NCBI RefSeq assembly: GCF_001194135.2
Contig: NC_068987.1
Span: 76,076,848 to 76,140,847 of the forward strand
Source: Octopus bimaculoides
Lineage: Eukaryota
Direction of reading: 5' to 3'
DNA length: 64,000 nt
The position numbers and the translations under genes were made by a program. Positions 38,461-51,380 of the stretch are shown piece by piece. The first letter of the stretch is position 1, and every line of letters begins with the position of its first letter. Below the pieces are notes generated by a model. It made no database searches. It was given only the letters and a program-made list of their open reading frames with translations, and was not told the DNA's origin.

Positions 38461-39499
38461 TGTGTGTGCATACACGCACAAACACCCTTCCCGCGCACGC
38501 ACACTCTCCTGCACACATACACACGTAGATGTACAACAGCAGCAGCAGTAAGAATTACAATGGCACACACCGAAACGCGTAAAATAATGAATTATAGGAT
38601 GGAAAAAAATTATTAAAAACAATAATAATAACAACGTCTATACCCACCGCAAAACAAACAAATTACTTAAAGGAGAAAGCAACATGTTGATGAAAATGAC
38701 AAGGACAGGACAGGGTGACATTTTTCTTTTCGAAACTTTGTTATTTTTGTCAGGTGAATGTAAACATAAGTTTTCAAGGAAGGGTGACAAAACATGTTTT
38801 AACAATGAAACTGTGAGATCTTTTATTTCTATTTCTTTATTATATGAAGCTTGAAAAACATATTTGCTTTTTGTCTTTTCCTGCTCTTCCTGGGTTTCGT
38901 TTTTTATCATGGTCGTATTCTATCTACTACCACTGCGTTTTGCTGGCTTATTTTCTCATTATCTGTTTGTAAAGAGACGTGCGCGCATGCGCGTACGTAT
39001 TTATATACGTAAAGCGGCAAACTGGCAGAAATGTTAGCACATCGGATGAACTGCTTAGTGGAATTTCTATGGGTACTTTGCCCCCAGAGTTCAAATCTNN
39101 NNNNNNNNNNNNNNNNNNNNNNNNNNNNNNNNNNNNNNNNNNNNNNNNNNNNNNNNNNNNNNNNNNNNNNNNNNNNNNNNNNNNNNNNNNNNNNNNNNNN
39201 NNNNNNNNNNNNNNNNNNNNNNNNNNNNNNNNNNNNNNNNNNNNNNNNNNNNNNNNNNNNNNNNNNNNNNNNNNNNNNNNNNNNNNNNNNNNNNNNNNNN
39301 NNNNNNNNNNNNNNNNNNNNNNNNNNNNNNNNNNNNNNNNNNNNNNNNNNNNNNNNNNNNNNNNNNNNNNNNNNNNNNNNNNNNNNNNNNNNNNNNNNNN
39401 NNNNNNNNNNNNNNNNNNNNNNNNNNNNNNNNNNNNNNTATATATATGTATAGAGAGAGAGAGAGAGAGAGAGAGGGGAAAATAGAAGTTGAAAATGCA

Positions 39500-40242
39500 C
39501 TGAGAATAGTTAAACTATTTTTTATTAATATATTTAAAGCTTTAACCGGTTTCACAGTTTACACTAATTTTCAAAAAGTTCAAATAAAAAGACGTGGTTT
39601 ATGTCACATCTGTCTTGCTTCTGACAAGTATTTGTTGTCGGTGAATGGTCAGTCTATTTACTAGAGTAAGCTTTGTTTGACCAATGTAATAATCATTACT
39701 TCCTTGACATTTGATAGCGTATATTAAATTCCTTGAAGAACATGTAGAGTGATTTTTTACTGTAATAATATGTCCTGATTTGAAATTGTGTGTTGTGTCC
39801 TCAACAATGTTGATGCAGGTCCCGCAATTGAGGCGGTCACACTTTTTAACTGTTGGTGTAGGAATCGTGGAAAGTAATTTACAACTTGTGAGAAATTTTT
39901 TGTGGGACTTTGATTGTTTTTTACTTTTGCTTATTTTGTATATTTCGAATGCTTATTTCATTCTTGGGTCTTGTTTTAGTAGTGGGATGTTCTAGTGGAT
40001 AATATTGTAAACCTTTGTGTTTCAGTGGGTTGTGTGTTGTAATAAAGGGTAGAGTACTGAATGTGTCTGGAACGTTTTGCATTTTTCGTAGTTTTTCGAT
40101 ATTTATTGCTTTGGCACGTTCTATTCCGTTGTCTATTAGCTTTAATGGATATTGTCTTTTAAGTAGTCCTTGTTTTAGGTTCCTATAGTCTTTTATTGCG
40201 GGTTTCAGGGTTTGAGACAATAGTGTGCTGATCCTTCTTGCT
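39500..40242 (-). mobile_element. Penelope-like retroelement fragment (RT thumb, linker, GIY-YIG)
   Basis: Minus strand: LKQGLLKRQYPLKLIDNGIERAKAINIEKLR...LPFITTHNP; KKCDRLNCGTC; HSTCSSRNLIYAIKCQGSNDYYIGQTKLTLVNRLTIHRQQI. Confidence 0.9.
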
Positions 40243-40344
40243 AGATATACACGCGCACGTGTGTATATCTGTGTGTATATATATGAATGTGTGTGGTATA
40301 TAAGTACATATTCATGAGTATATCTAATAGATATTCTTTTATTC

Positions 40345-40862
40345 TTTTGCTTCAGTCATTTGACTACGGTCATGCTGGAGCACCGCCTTAAGGGATTGTA
40401 GTCGAACAAATCGACTTTATTTTTGTAAGCCTAGTACTTATTCTATCAATCTCCTTTGACGAACCACTAAGTTACGGAAATGTAAATATCAACATCGGTT
40501 GTCAAGCGATGGCAGTGGTGGTGATGGGGGACTAGACACACACACACACACANNNNNNNNNNNNNNNNNNNNNNNNNNNNNNNNNNNNNNNNNNNNNNNN
40601 NNNNNNNNNNNNNNNNNNNNNNNNNNNNNNNNNNNNNNNNNNNNNNNNNNNNNNNNNNNNNNNNNNNNNNNNNNNNNNNNNNNNNNNNNNNNNNNNNNNN
40701 NNNNNNNNNNNNNNNNNNNNNNNNNNNNNNNNNNNNNNNNNNNNNNNNNNNNNNNNNNNNNNNNNNNNNNNNNNNNNNNNNNNNNNNNNGCTACGGAGTG
40801 GGATTGAACATGGAACATTGTGTTTAGGAAGTAAGCTTCTTACCACAACCACGCCAGCGCCT
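40345..40862 (-). mobile_element. SINE family A, probably one copy split by an N-gap at its internal (CA)n
   Basis: 3' half at 40345-40552; tRNA-like head at 40789-40862 in the same orientation. Confidence 0.8.
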
Positions 40863-41269
40863 ATATGTGTATATTTGTGCCTGTGCATGCTTGTGTGTGT
40901 GTGTGTGTGTGAGTGTGTGTGTGTGAGTGTGTGTGTGTGTGTGTGTGTGAGTGTGTGTGCAGTGGTTACAAATTGAGAAGTCAAAAATCTTGCCTTTGAC
41001 AAGAACATTGTCTAAAACCTTAGATCATTCAGTTTCCTGAGTGATCTACAGAATACTTACTTTTCTATCTCTATCAGCAACGTGTCCTTAGCTGCGAGAA
41101 ATTTGGTGATAGCAAATTTTCGTGCTATGGCCCATCCTATCAAATCTACTCATGTATGAGTTTCATCCGTTTCTCATCTCTTGAGTAGATGACTCATTTC
41201 TTGACTCATCTCTTGGCTTTCTATCATATTCTACTTGCTGGAAATATGCTGATATTCACTTTCTTATAC

Positions 41270-41460
41270 CAACATTGTATCATTTCTGGTGTACCTCAAA
41301 TCTCGGGGGTTTCCCCAACACTCTTCCTTGCAAGAATCAACGACCTACTTGCCGTCACGAGCTACAATACCCACTCGTATACGAATGACACCGCCCGTTA
41401 TACTTCCCTAATCTACCTTCCGCGCCAAATAGTTTCTACATGCAACTAAGACACCTTACA
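41270..41460 (+). pseudogene. Jockey/CR1-type LINE RT fragment
   Basis: ISGVPQISGVSPTLFLARINDLLAVTSYNTHSYTNDT corresponds to the GVPQGS.LSP.LF...INDL...YADD motifs. Confidence 0.8.
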
Positions 41461-42289
41461 CAAAAACTGCACTGACAAAGTATACGAAGACAGCCAAACA
41501 TTCACTAGTGGTCTTATGTCAATAATATCTCTTTCAACTGTCAAACATGAAACACCAAACAAACACAATCATCATACATATCAAGAAAGCATTATCGCAC
41601 TTTATGAACAACGCACAAGCCCAGTGACGGCTCGTAGATGAAATTAGTAGCGATGCAGCTTCAGAAAATTTTTAGCCGTTGTTTTGATATCGTGTTAAAG
41701 GAAACAAACATATAAAAAGAAAATTTATACATAAACTTCATCGGTTCGTGTTTTAGCTACTGCCGGGTAGTGTGTTTAATTTGTTCACTGAACACAGCCG
41801 CGAATTTCTCCTTGTTTTTCAAACATCCCCGCTAAATCACAAAATAAGGGGGCAGGAAATGTGCCCTATTTTTTAAATCCTGGTTGCAACACTGAAGAAG
41901 GAAGCAAGATAATAATTTAATTCTACACTTTATCACATTCAAGAATATAAACAAGTTTTTAAGCAAAACAAAAGAAACACTACCTTTCATCCGGCAGTGT
42001 CATTCACGCGGTACTCTCTCTCCCTAGCGTGAAGCTTCCTATCTCGGACATGTGAGCATGCACACAACAGTCAAACACCACGCCGCTGGAACTGGATTTT
42101 TGTATTTTTTCATAAACTAGGGGATGGCTACTGACATTAAGCTTAAGGATTATATAATGAACAAGTAGAAAGAAAGGATTAATAAAAAAAATGGACTCAT
42201 TATATTGAATGTTATCAATAATATTGAGTGGAAATAGGGGGTACTGCAGTTCCGCAGTTCCTATACACAAGCCGCCATTGCACAAGCCG

Positions 42290-42600
42290 ATCTCTCACGA
42301 TCACTTCGATTCCTAGACTTTCTTAGCAATGAGGACTTCTGGCAAAATGTTTCATCTTAAATTGAATTTCTCTTCAACATTAGGAAATACTCCTTCTGCC
42401 ATCAACGGCTTACCCTATACAAAGCTCTGGTAAGACTAAATCTAGGACAGTACTGCTGCTGAAATGTGAGACAATTAAACCGAGTATCCAGCATTGGGAA
42501 AAACCGCTCAACTGATTACATTAAAGCCAGTCACAAACATATTTCAACCTCTGACGCTCAGACAGCATGTCTCCTCTTTCTTCCTTTTCATATCGTGTTA
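42290..42600 (+). pseudogene. Downstream part of the same LINE RT (decayed)
   Basis: RKYSFCHQRLTLYKALVRLNLGQYCC resembles the L..LYK..VRP.LEYC motif. Confidence 0.6.
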
Positions 42601-42769
42601 ACACAAAGATAGCATTTTTCATTTCCTACTAAGATCTCGACCAAATCGATACATCATCAACTCAAAGTTACGCTAATTGTTTAGTTAAATGAACAAGACT
42701 GTTAGCTTAACGTTATATCAAAAAGGGATGCTATGGACAGAATTTTCATTGTATATTAGATTCATGGTA

Positions 42770-42960
42770 AAATGCGGCGAGGTGGTAGAATTGTTAGTGT
42801 AGCAGCTAAATGGTACATGTCTTGAGTTCAAATTCCACCGAGGGCGAATTTGCTTTTCATCCTTTCAGAGACGATAAAATAAGTCGAGCAATGCGGTCGA
42901 TGTAGTCTGTTGACCCCTCCTCTAAAATTGTTGGTGTCAAAATTTGAAAGGATATTAGAT
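42770..42960 (+). mobile_element. SINE family B monomer (old)
   Basis: gcggcgaggtggtagaattgttag...gagttcaaattccaccgagggcgaatttgcttttcatcctttcagagacgataaaataagt. Confidence 0.75.
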
Positions 42961-43300
42961 ATATATAATGAAAAGAGTTGATAGGGGAGAAAAATGAAAG
43001 TCTTCCATGTGGTGTTTGTTAATATAGCAGTTCATAGTTCCCTCAAACTCTGATCATGCGCAGTTCCAGATAAACGTTGAGAAAGCTCGAAGATTTAACG
43101 GTGGAATCATTATGGAGACAAAATACATTCTTGCCGGGCTTATCCTATCCTTAACAGACGTAGTAGCAAACAGGCCCCTGTGGGTTCGCTCCTACATGTA
43201 AAAGCAGCACTGAAACTTACGTTCTACCGTTCTAAATATAGAAGTATTGCACAAAATACGATAAATAAGAGATAACACGGGCACAACCGAGGTGCACCTA

Positions 43301-43347
<47 letters not shown>

Positions 43348-43350
43348 CAT

Positions 43351-43714
43351 CTATAGCGTCGGGCTGACCAAAGCTTTGTGAGTGGATTTGGTAGATGGAA
43401 ACTGAAAGAAGCCCATCGTATATATACATACATACAAACATACATACATACATACATACATACATACATACATACATACATACATACATACGTATGCACG
43501 TACATCATATATATGTTTGTGTATCTATGTTTGTTACCCTACCATCGCTTGACAGATTTTGGTGTGTTTACCTCTCCGTAATCTAGCTGTTCGGCAAAAA
43601 GACACCGATAGAATAAATACTAAGCTTACAAAGACTAGGTCCTGGAGTCGATTTGTTCGACTAAAGCTCCAGCATGGCCACAGTCAAATGACTGAAACAA
43701 ATAAACGAATGAAA

Positions 43715-43718
<4 letters not shown>
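43351..43718 (+). mobile_element. SINE family A lacking its tRNA head, with internal (TACA)n
   Basis: ctatagcgtcgggctgaccaaagctttgtgagtggatttgg...(taca)n...ccatcgcttgacag...gctccagcatggccacagtcaaatgactgaaacaa. Confidence 0.9.
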
Positions 43719-43769
<51 letters not shown>

Positions 43770-43869
43770 GTGTAGTATATTGCCACTACACTTTATCGTG
43801 CAGTTACTGTTAATACTTCATTTAGAGAATTAACATTGCTTATATATATATACATATATATAAATATAA

Positions 43870-44100
43870 AATACAAAATGGGACAAAAATGCAAAACATC
43901 CAGACAGTTAGGTGATACAAAAAAAGGACAACAAAACATCCAGATAGACGAAATAAAGAAAATAAGGACGAGTCATTTGGAGTTTTCTTTCCTCAGTCGA
44001 GTTCCAGATTATCGTTGCAATTTCGGCTGGTTATACTCGAGATTCCTCCATTCTGGTTAGCCCCAAGGAAAAACTAAGCTAAGAGCATTAGATTCCTTAT
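43870..44100. mobile_element. Repeat unit between (TA)n arrays, possibly PLE-LTR-derived; related pieces at 47220-47300 and 47780-47875
   Basis: Shared ctaagctaagagcattaga and aaaca(t)ccagacag..gatacaaa..ggacg(a/g)gtcatt motifs. Confidence 0.45.
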
Positions 44101-44560
44101 ATATTTATACATACACACACACACACACACATTTACATCTATTTGCGTATATGTACGTGTGTCTGTGTATATTCTGATATAGAATGGTGTGTTGAGTTGG
44201 GTCCCTTCGTGTCGTAAAGGTTCAATAAATTAATTAGGGGTGGTTGTAATAAGTGGTTCCCTGTAATAAGCAGTGGAATCGATATGATCAACTAAAAAAA
44301 AACATGAGCAGTCTGTTCACCAGCTAGACCGTAGTCCAATGATTCAAACCAGTAAAAGACTAAAAGATTAAAAGAATATGAGAATATAAGAATACAAGAA
44401 TAAAAGAATGAAGGTTTGTGCTAATTTCCGGTGTGCAAATAAGTTTTAGAAGTAATTTAGAAGCAAATAAAAAGTGAACTTGCATTTTTGAACAGACAGA
44501 ATGAATGAGTGAGAGAGAGAATGAAAGGGGTGGAATGAATAAAGAAAAATGAAACAATAG

Positions 44561-44606
<46 letters not shown>

Positions 44607-44980
44607 GGTGGTGATGGTGGTGGTGGTGGTGGTGGTGATGGTGATGGGGCAGCGGCGGTGATTACGACAGCGACGATGATAATGGGGATGAAACACATAA
44701 TGTTCATGATTTTGTAGTCTGAAATATTACAAGCATGGATGGAGACATGCGTGGGTGTTGGAGATAATGCTGATGGCGAGCGTGACATACGTGCGTACAC
44801 ATGTACATTTATGTACATACATACATACACATACTCACGCACACACGCACACACGCACAAACACACACACACACACATACAAACATATAAACATATAAAA
44901 ACACATTCATATATATACATATAGACACACAAATACATATATATGTTCATGTATATGTATGTATGTGTTTATATATATCC

Positions 44981-45012
<32 letters not shown>

Positions 45013-45418
45013 NNNNNNNNNNNNNNNNNNNNNNNNNNNNNNNNNNNNNNNNNNNNNNNNNNNNNNNNNNNNNNNNNNNNNNNNNNNNNNNNNNNNNNNN
45101 NNNNNNNNNNNNNNNNNNNNNNNNNNNNNNNNNNNNNNNNNNNNNNNNNNNNNNNNNNNNNNNNNNNNNNNNNNNNNNNNNNNNNNNNNNNNNNNNNNNN
45201 NNNNNNNNNNNNNNNNNNNNNNNNNNNNNNNNNNNNNNNNNNNNNNNNNNNNNNNNNNNNNNNNNNNNNNNNNNNNNNNNNNNNNNNNNNNNNNNNNNNN
45301 NNNNNNNNNNNNNNNNNNNNNNNNNNNNNNNNNNAATATACATAAATATTTATAGTTATATATATATGCACATAGTTACACATATATATGTGTATATATA
45401 TATATATAATACATACAC

Positions 45419-45460
<42 letters not shown>

Positions 45461-45964
45461 TATGTATGTAACATATTTGTAAATGTATACACACGCACAC
45501 GCATACATTCATGAATATACATAAATATTTATAGTTGTTACTACCCAGCGAACGAGAAACAACAACAACAACAATAACAAAAAGAGGTTTATAAACGTTT
45601 GCGGAAGATGAGTTTTTGCGATAGGTGAAATAAGTGGCTAAGATAACACAGCAAAATGGAAACACCTGTGTGGTTTACTATTAATGAGGGCTGTGTAAAC
45701 GCAAATAACTGTCTGATACAGTGGTCTAGTGTGGCTGTCTGCTCACATGTGTGTATGTCAATGTATGTGCGTGTATGTTTGTGTGTGTGTGTGTGATTGT
45801 GTGTGTACATTTGTATGTATAAGACGTCTTGCGTGGGTGTTATGGTGCGACAATAGTATGGAAGCTATGATAATAATATGGCGGTTAAAACGTGCCACCA
45901 TAGTTGTCGTACATATTGCTGCAATTAGCAATATTTTTAGGGATTTTGTTCCCTATTCTTTATA

Positions 45965-46022
<58 letters not shown>

Positions 46023-46464
46023 NNNNNNNNNNTGTAATGTCAGGTTTGTTGTTGTTGTTGTTGTTTTTCAATTTAGTTACCCCCCTTTTTTTTGTCTGTT
46101 CTTACTTATTCTTTTATTTATTTCTGTTTGAAAACACCCGGATATCTTCTTTTATGTGATGTTGTTAAAGTGAGAGTAGACAGAGGGATGTAAGGAGAAG
46201 GACTGAGTAAATATCTGTGCGCGTAGCTATAAAGAAAGAAGAAATACTGTTTCAGGACTTGCTGTGTGGTGAAGAAGTCCGTTTCCTGACCACGTGGTTC
46301 CAGATACAATCTCACTTCTCAGCACTTTGGATAAACGCGTTTTGTTTGTTTTTGTTTTGTTCTTTTTTCGTTTTTACTTCAGCCTCGTGACAAAAGCTAC
46401 GATATATTTACTAAACGGTTACCATTTTATTGTACACATAGACATACAGTATATATATATATAA

Positions 46465-46538
<74 letters not shown>

Positions 46539-46659
46539 ATGCATGATTATATATGTATCCTTGCTCATCTAGCTCCAGCCTAGAGAAGTTGACAGATGAC
46601 TCTATTCCCTTCCGGTCATTTCAAAATGTAACCGCGTGTGTATCGTTGGTGATTTTCTT

Positions 46660-46872
46660 ACTCCGTCTTCCTTTCCTTTGGACTTACCTCTATTTCTAAA
46701 GAAGTGCAAGGCTCGAAACGTCTTTTTATTCTCACTCTGTTTATGTTTTGTTGTTTCTTTCTGTTGACGAGCGTAGGCTCTAAACGTAAAGGACTTTTTC
46801 CCGAGCGTCAAACTAATGCACTTTCTTGTTCTTCATACACCTGTCTTCGTCTTTTATTTTTCTATACATTCC
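46660..46872 (+). mobile_element. Putative Penelope-like LTR remnant with tandem hammerhead-like motifs
   Basis: ctaaaga-a-gtgc-aag-gctc-GAAA-cgtc (46696-46722) and cttt-ctgttga-c-gagc-gtag-gctc-tAAA-cgta-aagg (46757-46792); ends at (TA)n. Confidence 0.6.
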
Positions 46873-47145
46873 AACTATATATATATATAGGTTGAGCGGT
46901 TATAGAAGCAATTAAGGGGTTAAGTAAATTAGGCACATGAAATATATTAAACATATTAAGTACATCAAATACAAATAAGTATACATGCAAAACGAAAGAA
47001 AGCAAAAGGTGGAAATTCAGATGATGAATGATCAATTCATATGTATGAGTATATATATTATATTAATAGATCCAACTTATACAGAGTACAAATGACAGAG
47101 AATTTTACTTACTCTGTAAGTTAGACCTATTTATATAAATATACC

Positions 47146-47197
<52 letters not shown>

Positions 47198-48051
47198 CTC
47201 AATATGGCTGCTCCAAAAAAGTCTAAGCTAAGAGCATTAGAGTTTTTGTAAGAAAGCTAGCGACTGTGTGCGATAACAAAGACAAAAGACGGAGAACATG
47301 ATATATAATTACAAATACAAACAACAAAAATATAACAAAAGGTGTCTTTCGACTGAAAACGAACCAAATTGAGCTGGCGTGTATAAAGTGAAAGCAGGAA
47401 CATAGGAGATGGACATAAGAGGTGTTGGCGGTTGGCAATTAGGCCAAGAAAGAAAGATCATGGCTGACCGAATACTGGTCAAGTGGAAAGAGGAGAGAAG
47501 GGTAGGAGGCAGCGGAATTGAACTATTAGAAAAAATCAGAGACAAAGGGAAAGGAACAGGACAGATAAACGAGGAGAAAAGGTGAGAGTTAAAGAAAGAG
47601 AGGGTCAAGAAATGTGAGAGAAGGGAGTGAGAAAAGGAAAAAAGGAAGAAAGTATGAGGAGGACTAAAAGAGTAAAAGAATCGTACAAAATTTAGATACA
47701 TACTTACTTTAAGGTGAGCAAAGGTGTACGTACGCCGCTATGTGTATATATAAATATAAATAAATGGAATAAAAGCGCAATAGAAGACAATAAAACAACC
47801 GGACAGGTAGACGATACAAAGGCGGACAAGAAAAACAACAATTAGAGGGGAAGGGAAAAAAGGACGGGTCATTTTTATACATATAAATTGATAATTTATC
47901 ATCTAAAAGTGTCCGCCCATTGCTTTCTCTCGTTTTGTATGTATACATTTACATACAAATTTGTATTTAATGTACTTAATATATTTAATATACTTGATTT
48001 GTCCAATTTACTTACCTCCATAACTGCTTGTATATGTGTGTGCGCGTGTGA

Positions 48052-48370
48052 GTGAAGGTGTGTGGCCTAGTGGTTAGGTTATTCGGTTCACAATCGTAAG
48101 ATCTCGAGCTGGATTCCCGGCAGTGCGTTTTGCCTTTGTGCATGACACTTTATTTCACGTTGCTCCAGTTCACTCAGCTGGCGAAAATGAGTTGTACCTG
48201 TAATTCAAAGGGCCAGCCTTATTACAGTCTGCATCACGCTGAATCTCCCTGAGAACTAATGTTAAAGGTTCGCGCGTCTATGGAGTGCTCAGCCACACGC
48301 ACGTTAATTTCACGAGCAAGCTGTTCCGTTGATTGGATCAACTGAAGCGCTTATCGTCGTAATCAACGGA
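48052..48370 (+). mobile_element. SINE with the family C 3' tail but a different central domain
   Basis: tRNA-like head gtgaaggtgtgtggcctagtggttagg...; centre gacactttatttcacgttgctccagttcactcagctggcgaaaatgag; tail gtacctgtaattcaaagggccagcc...ggatcaactgaagc. Confidence 0.85.
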
Positions 48371-48674
48371 CACACACACACACGTATATATATATATATG
48401 TATATTCATACATACATACATACATACATACGTACATACATACATATATATATATATATTTAAATTTTTTTCGTAATGAAATAAAAAACCAAGGCTGTGT
48501 AGATTTTAGAACATTTATAAATAGAAGGGCTTACAGCTGTTTCCAGGATATTTATTATATTCCTTCATCGGAGACGGTTAAGCAATAAGATGGTTAAGCA
48601 ATAGTTAATTTAGATAAGATACGAAATAGAGAGTGAAGTGGAGGAATGAAAATAGATATGAGATATGCAGAGAT

Positions 48675-48718
<44 letters not shown>

Positions 48719-49725
48719 CGTGTGTATGTAAGTGTGTGTTTCCCAGTCATTGAACTGCAGCCATGTTGAGCACTGCCTTGATGGGTTGAGTCGATCAAAT
48801 CATCCTCAGTACGTATTGCTTTAAACTATGCTGATCTCTTTTTACTCGACTTGCTGATGTACTTAAACTTACCGTCACAGGTAGTCAAACACGAACACGC
48901 ACACACAAATACACACTCACTCATGTATGTATGCATTTGTGTGTGTGCTAGTGTATGTGTGTGTGTAGTTAGTTATTTAATTAGGAAGGAAGAAAGGTTA
49001 AAGCCAGCGTCTTCTAGTTAAGAGGGTTAAAACCAACATCTGTTGCGTAGGAGTATTACTCACGCAATCCAGTCCTGTTTCCGACTGACATGCATAGTAA
49101 GAAATTGTGTCGAAGATTGTCGTACTATCAGAAGAAAGCTGGATAGGCTTTAGGTCTTTAATGGTCACGGCCTTTATTTCACATGGGCTTAATATAGCTT
49201 TTTCAATATCTGTAAGTTATATCATTTTCTTCCCTTTTCAGCTGACACCTATTAAGTAGATCCATGAAGTAAATGTGTCCACATTGTCTATTTTTGAGGC
49301 TCCTGTTTTTGTTAAAGATACTGGCGATGATGGTTGTGTTGTTATTGCTGTTGATAGTGGTGGTGGTGGTGGTGGTGGTACTGGTGGCAGTACTTGATGT
49401 TGTTTTAGTGATAGTGACGGAGATATGTGTGTGTATGTGTATGTGTATGCATGTATATATGTATGTGTACGTATGTATGTCTCTTTACTTGCTATATCCC
49501 CACCGTTTAACAATCTGTGTTAGTTTGTTTACGTCCCTGTACTCTAGCGGTTCGGCAAAGATATCAATAGAATAAATGCCAAATTTAAAGATAATTACTA
49601 GGGTGAACTTTCTCAATCAAACTCTTCAAAGCATTTGAACTTTAATTATAATTAGATAATGCAAGGCATTAATGTCCGATGTTCTAAACATTGTGACAAA
49701 TGAAATAAGTAGCAGGAGATATAAT

Positions 49726-50165
49726 CGTTTCTTTTCTACTCTAGGCACAAGGCTCGAAATTTTGGGGGAGGGAGCCATAATTCGATTAGATCGATCACCA
49801 GTATGCAGCTGGTACTTAATTTATTGACCCTGAAAGGATGAAAGGCAAAGTCGACCTCGGCGGAATTTGAACACCGAACGTAAAGACAGACGAAATACCG
49901 CTAAGCATTTCGCCCAGCGTGCTAACGTTTCTTATTTCGTTATTGCCCACAAGGGGCTAAACATAAAGGGGACAATCAAGGACAGACAAAAGGATTAAGT
50001 CGATTACATCGAACCAGTACGTAACTGGTACTTAATTTATCGACCCCGAAAGGATGAAAGGTAAAGTCGACCTCGGCGGAATTTGAACTCAGAACGAAAG
50101 GGCAGACGAAATACCGCGAAGCATTTCGCCCGGCATGCTAACGTTTCTGCCAGCTCAACGCCTTA
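49726..50165 (-). mobile_element. Dimeric SINE family B with an imperfect 19-bp TSD
   Basis: Same two-unit structure as 28065-28480; TSD aagtagcaggagatataat (49707-49725) and aagtggcaggaaatataat (50166-50184). Confidence 0.93.
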
Positions 50166-50672
50166 AAGTGGCAGGAAATATAATGGACAAGGAAAGATAG
50201 TTATCTGGCTTTGTTTAAGCATAGTGGAAGCCAAATATATACGAACATAAAGAAATAACAGTGTGGGTGGTTATATCAAAGTATATATATACATATATAT
50301 ACATACATACATACATATATATATATGAGGATATGAATCTTCGTGTAATGTGTACAATGTCACGTCTGCAGTGAACCATAATTCCTGTCATGTTGTTTCA
50401 CCTGTCACTGATGCGTGACCATATCCAGGAAAAGCCCCTCTTACTTTCACTGTAAACATTTACGTCCCTCTGTCGACTCCACTGAACAATAAACTCTCGT
50501 TTCTATGTATGCATGTGTGTGTGTACATGCGTACGCGCATTCTTTAGTCTATATATAGAAATGAAACTATCGTTTCTTCCGTTTGTTTACACAATGTATT
50601 TATGAATATATACACAAACATGCAGCAAATATATATTAACGTGTACGTGTTCTCCTTGTATGTTTGTGTGTA

Positions 50673-50722
<50 letters not shown>

Positions 50723-51018
50723 NNNNNNNNNNNNNNNNNNNNNNNNNNNNNNNNNNNNNNNNNNNNNNNNNNNNNNNNNNNNNNNNNNNNNNNNNNNNNN
50801 NNNNNNNNNNNNNNNNNNNNNNNNNNNNNNNNNNNNNNNNNNNNNNNNNNNNNNNNNNNNNNNNNNNNNNNNNNNNNNNNNNNNNNNNNNNNNNNNNNNN
50901 NNNNNNNNNNNNNNNNNNNNNNNNNNNNNNNNNNNNNNNNNNNNNNNNNNNNNNNNNNNNNNNNNNNNNNNNNNNNNNNNNNNNNNNNNNNNNNNNNNNN
51001 NNNNNNNNNNNNNNNNNN

Positions 51019-51060
<42 letters not shown>

Positions 51061-51074
51061 TTGTATATATATAT

Positions 51075-51380
51075 AAATTCATTCACAAGACTTTGGGCGG
51101 CCCGAGGCTATAGTAGAAGGTGCCACGCAGAGAGACTGAACCTGAACCGTGTTGTTGGGGAAGCGAACTTCTTACCACACAGCCACTGTTCCCATCTCCT
51201 CCTCACAACAGATGCTGGCTTGTTAAAATCGCCGTAACTTAGCGGTTCACCAAGTAGAAGCAATAAGATAAGTACAAAGCTTTAAAAGAAGTGCTGGGAT
51301 CGATTCCTTCCACTAAAATTCTTCAAGATGTTGCTTCGGCATGGCCGCAGTCCAATAACTAAAACAAGTAAAGGAGGAAA
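51075..51380. mobile_element. SINE family A 5' half (minus, 51075-51187) abutting a family A 3' half (plus, 51188-51380)
   Basis: cacaagactttgggcggcccgaggctatagtagaag...cttaccacacagccac, then ...cgtaacttagcggttc...catggccgcagtccaataactaaaacaag. Confidence 0.75.

Noticed and set aside
43985-44060. Minus-strand ctgagga...ctcc and agccgaaattgc as hammerhead cores
   Set aside because: There is no correctly placed GAAA after stem II and no convincing stem I.
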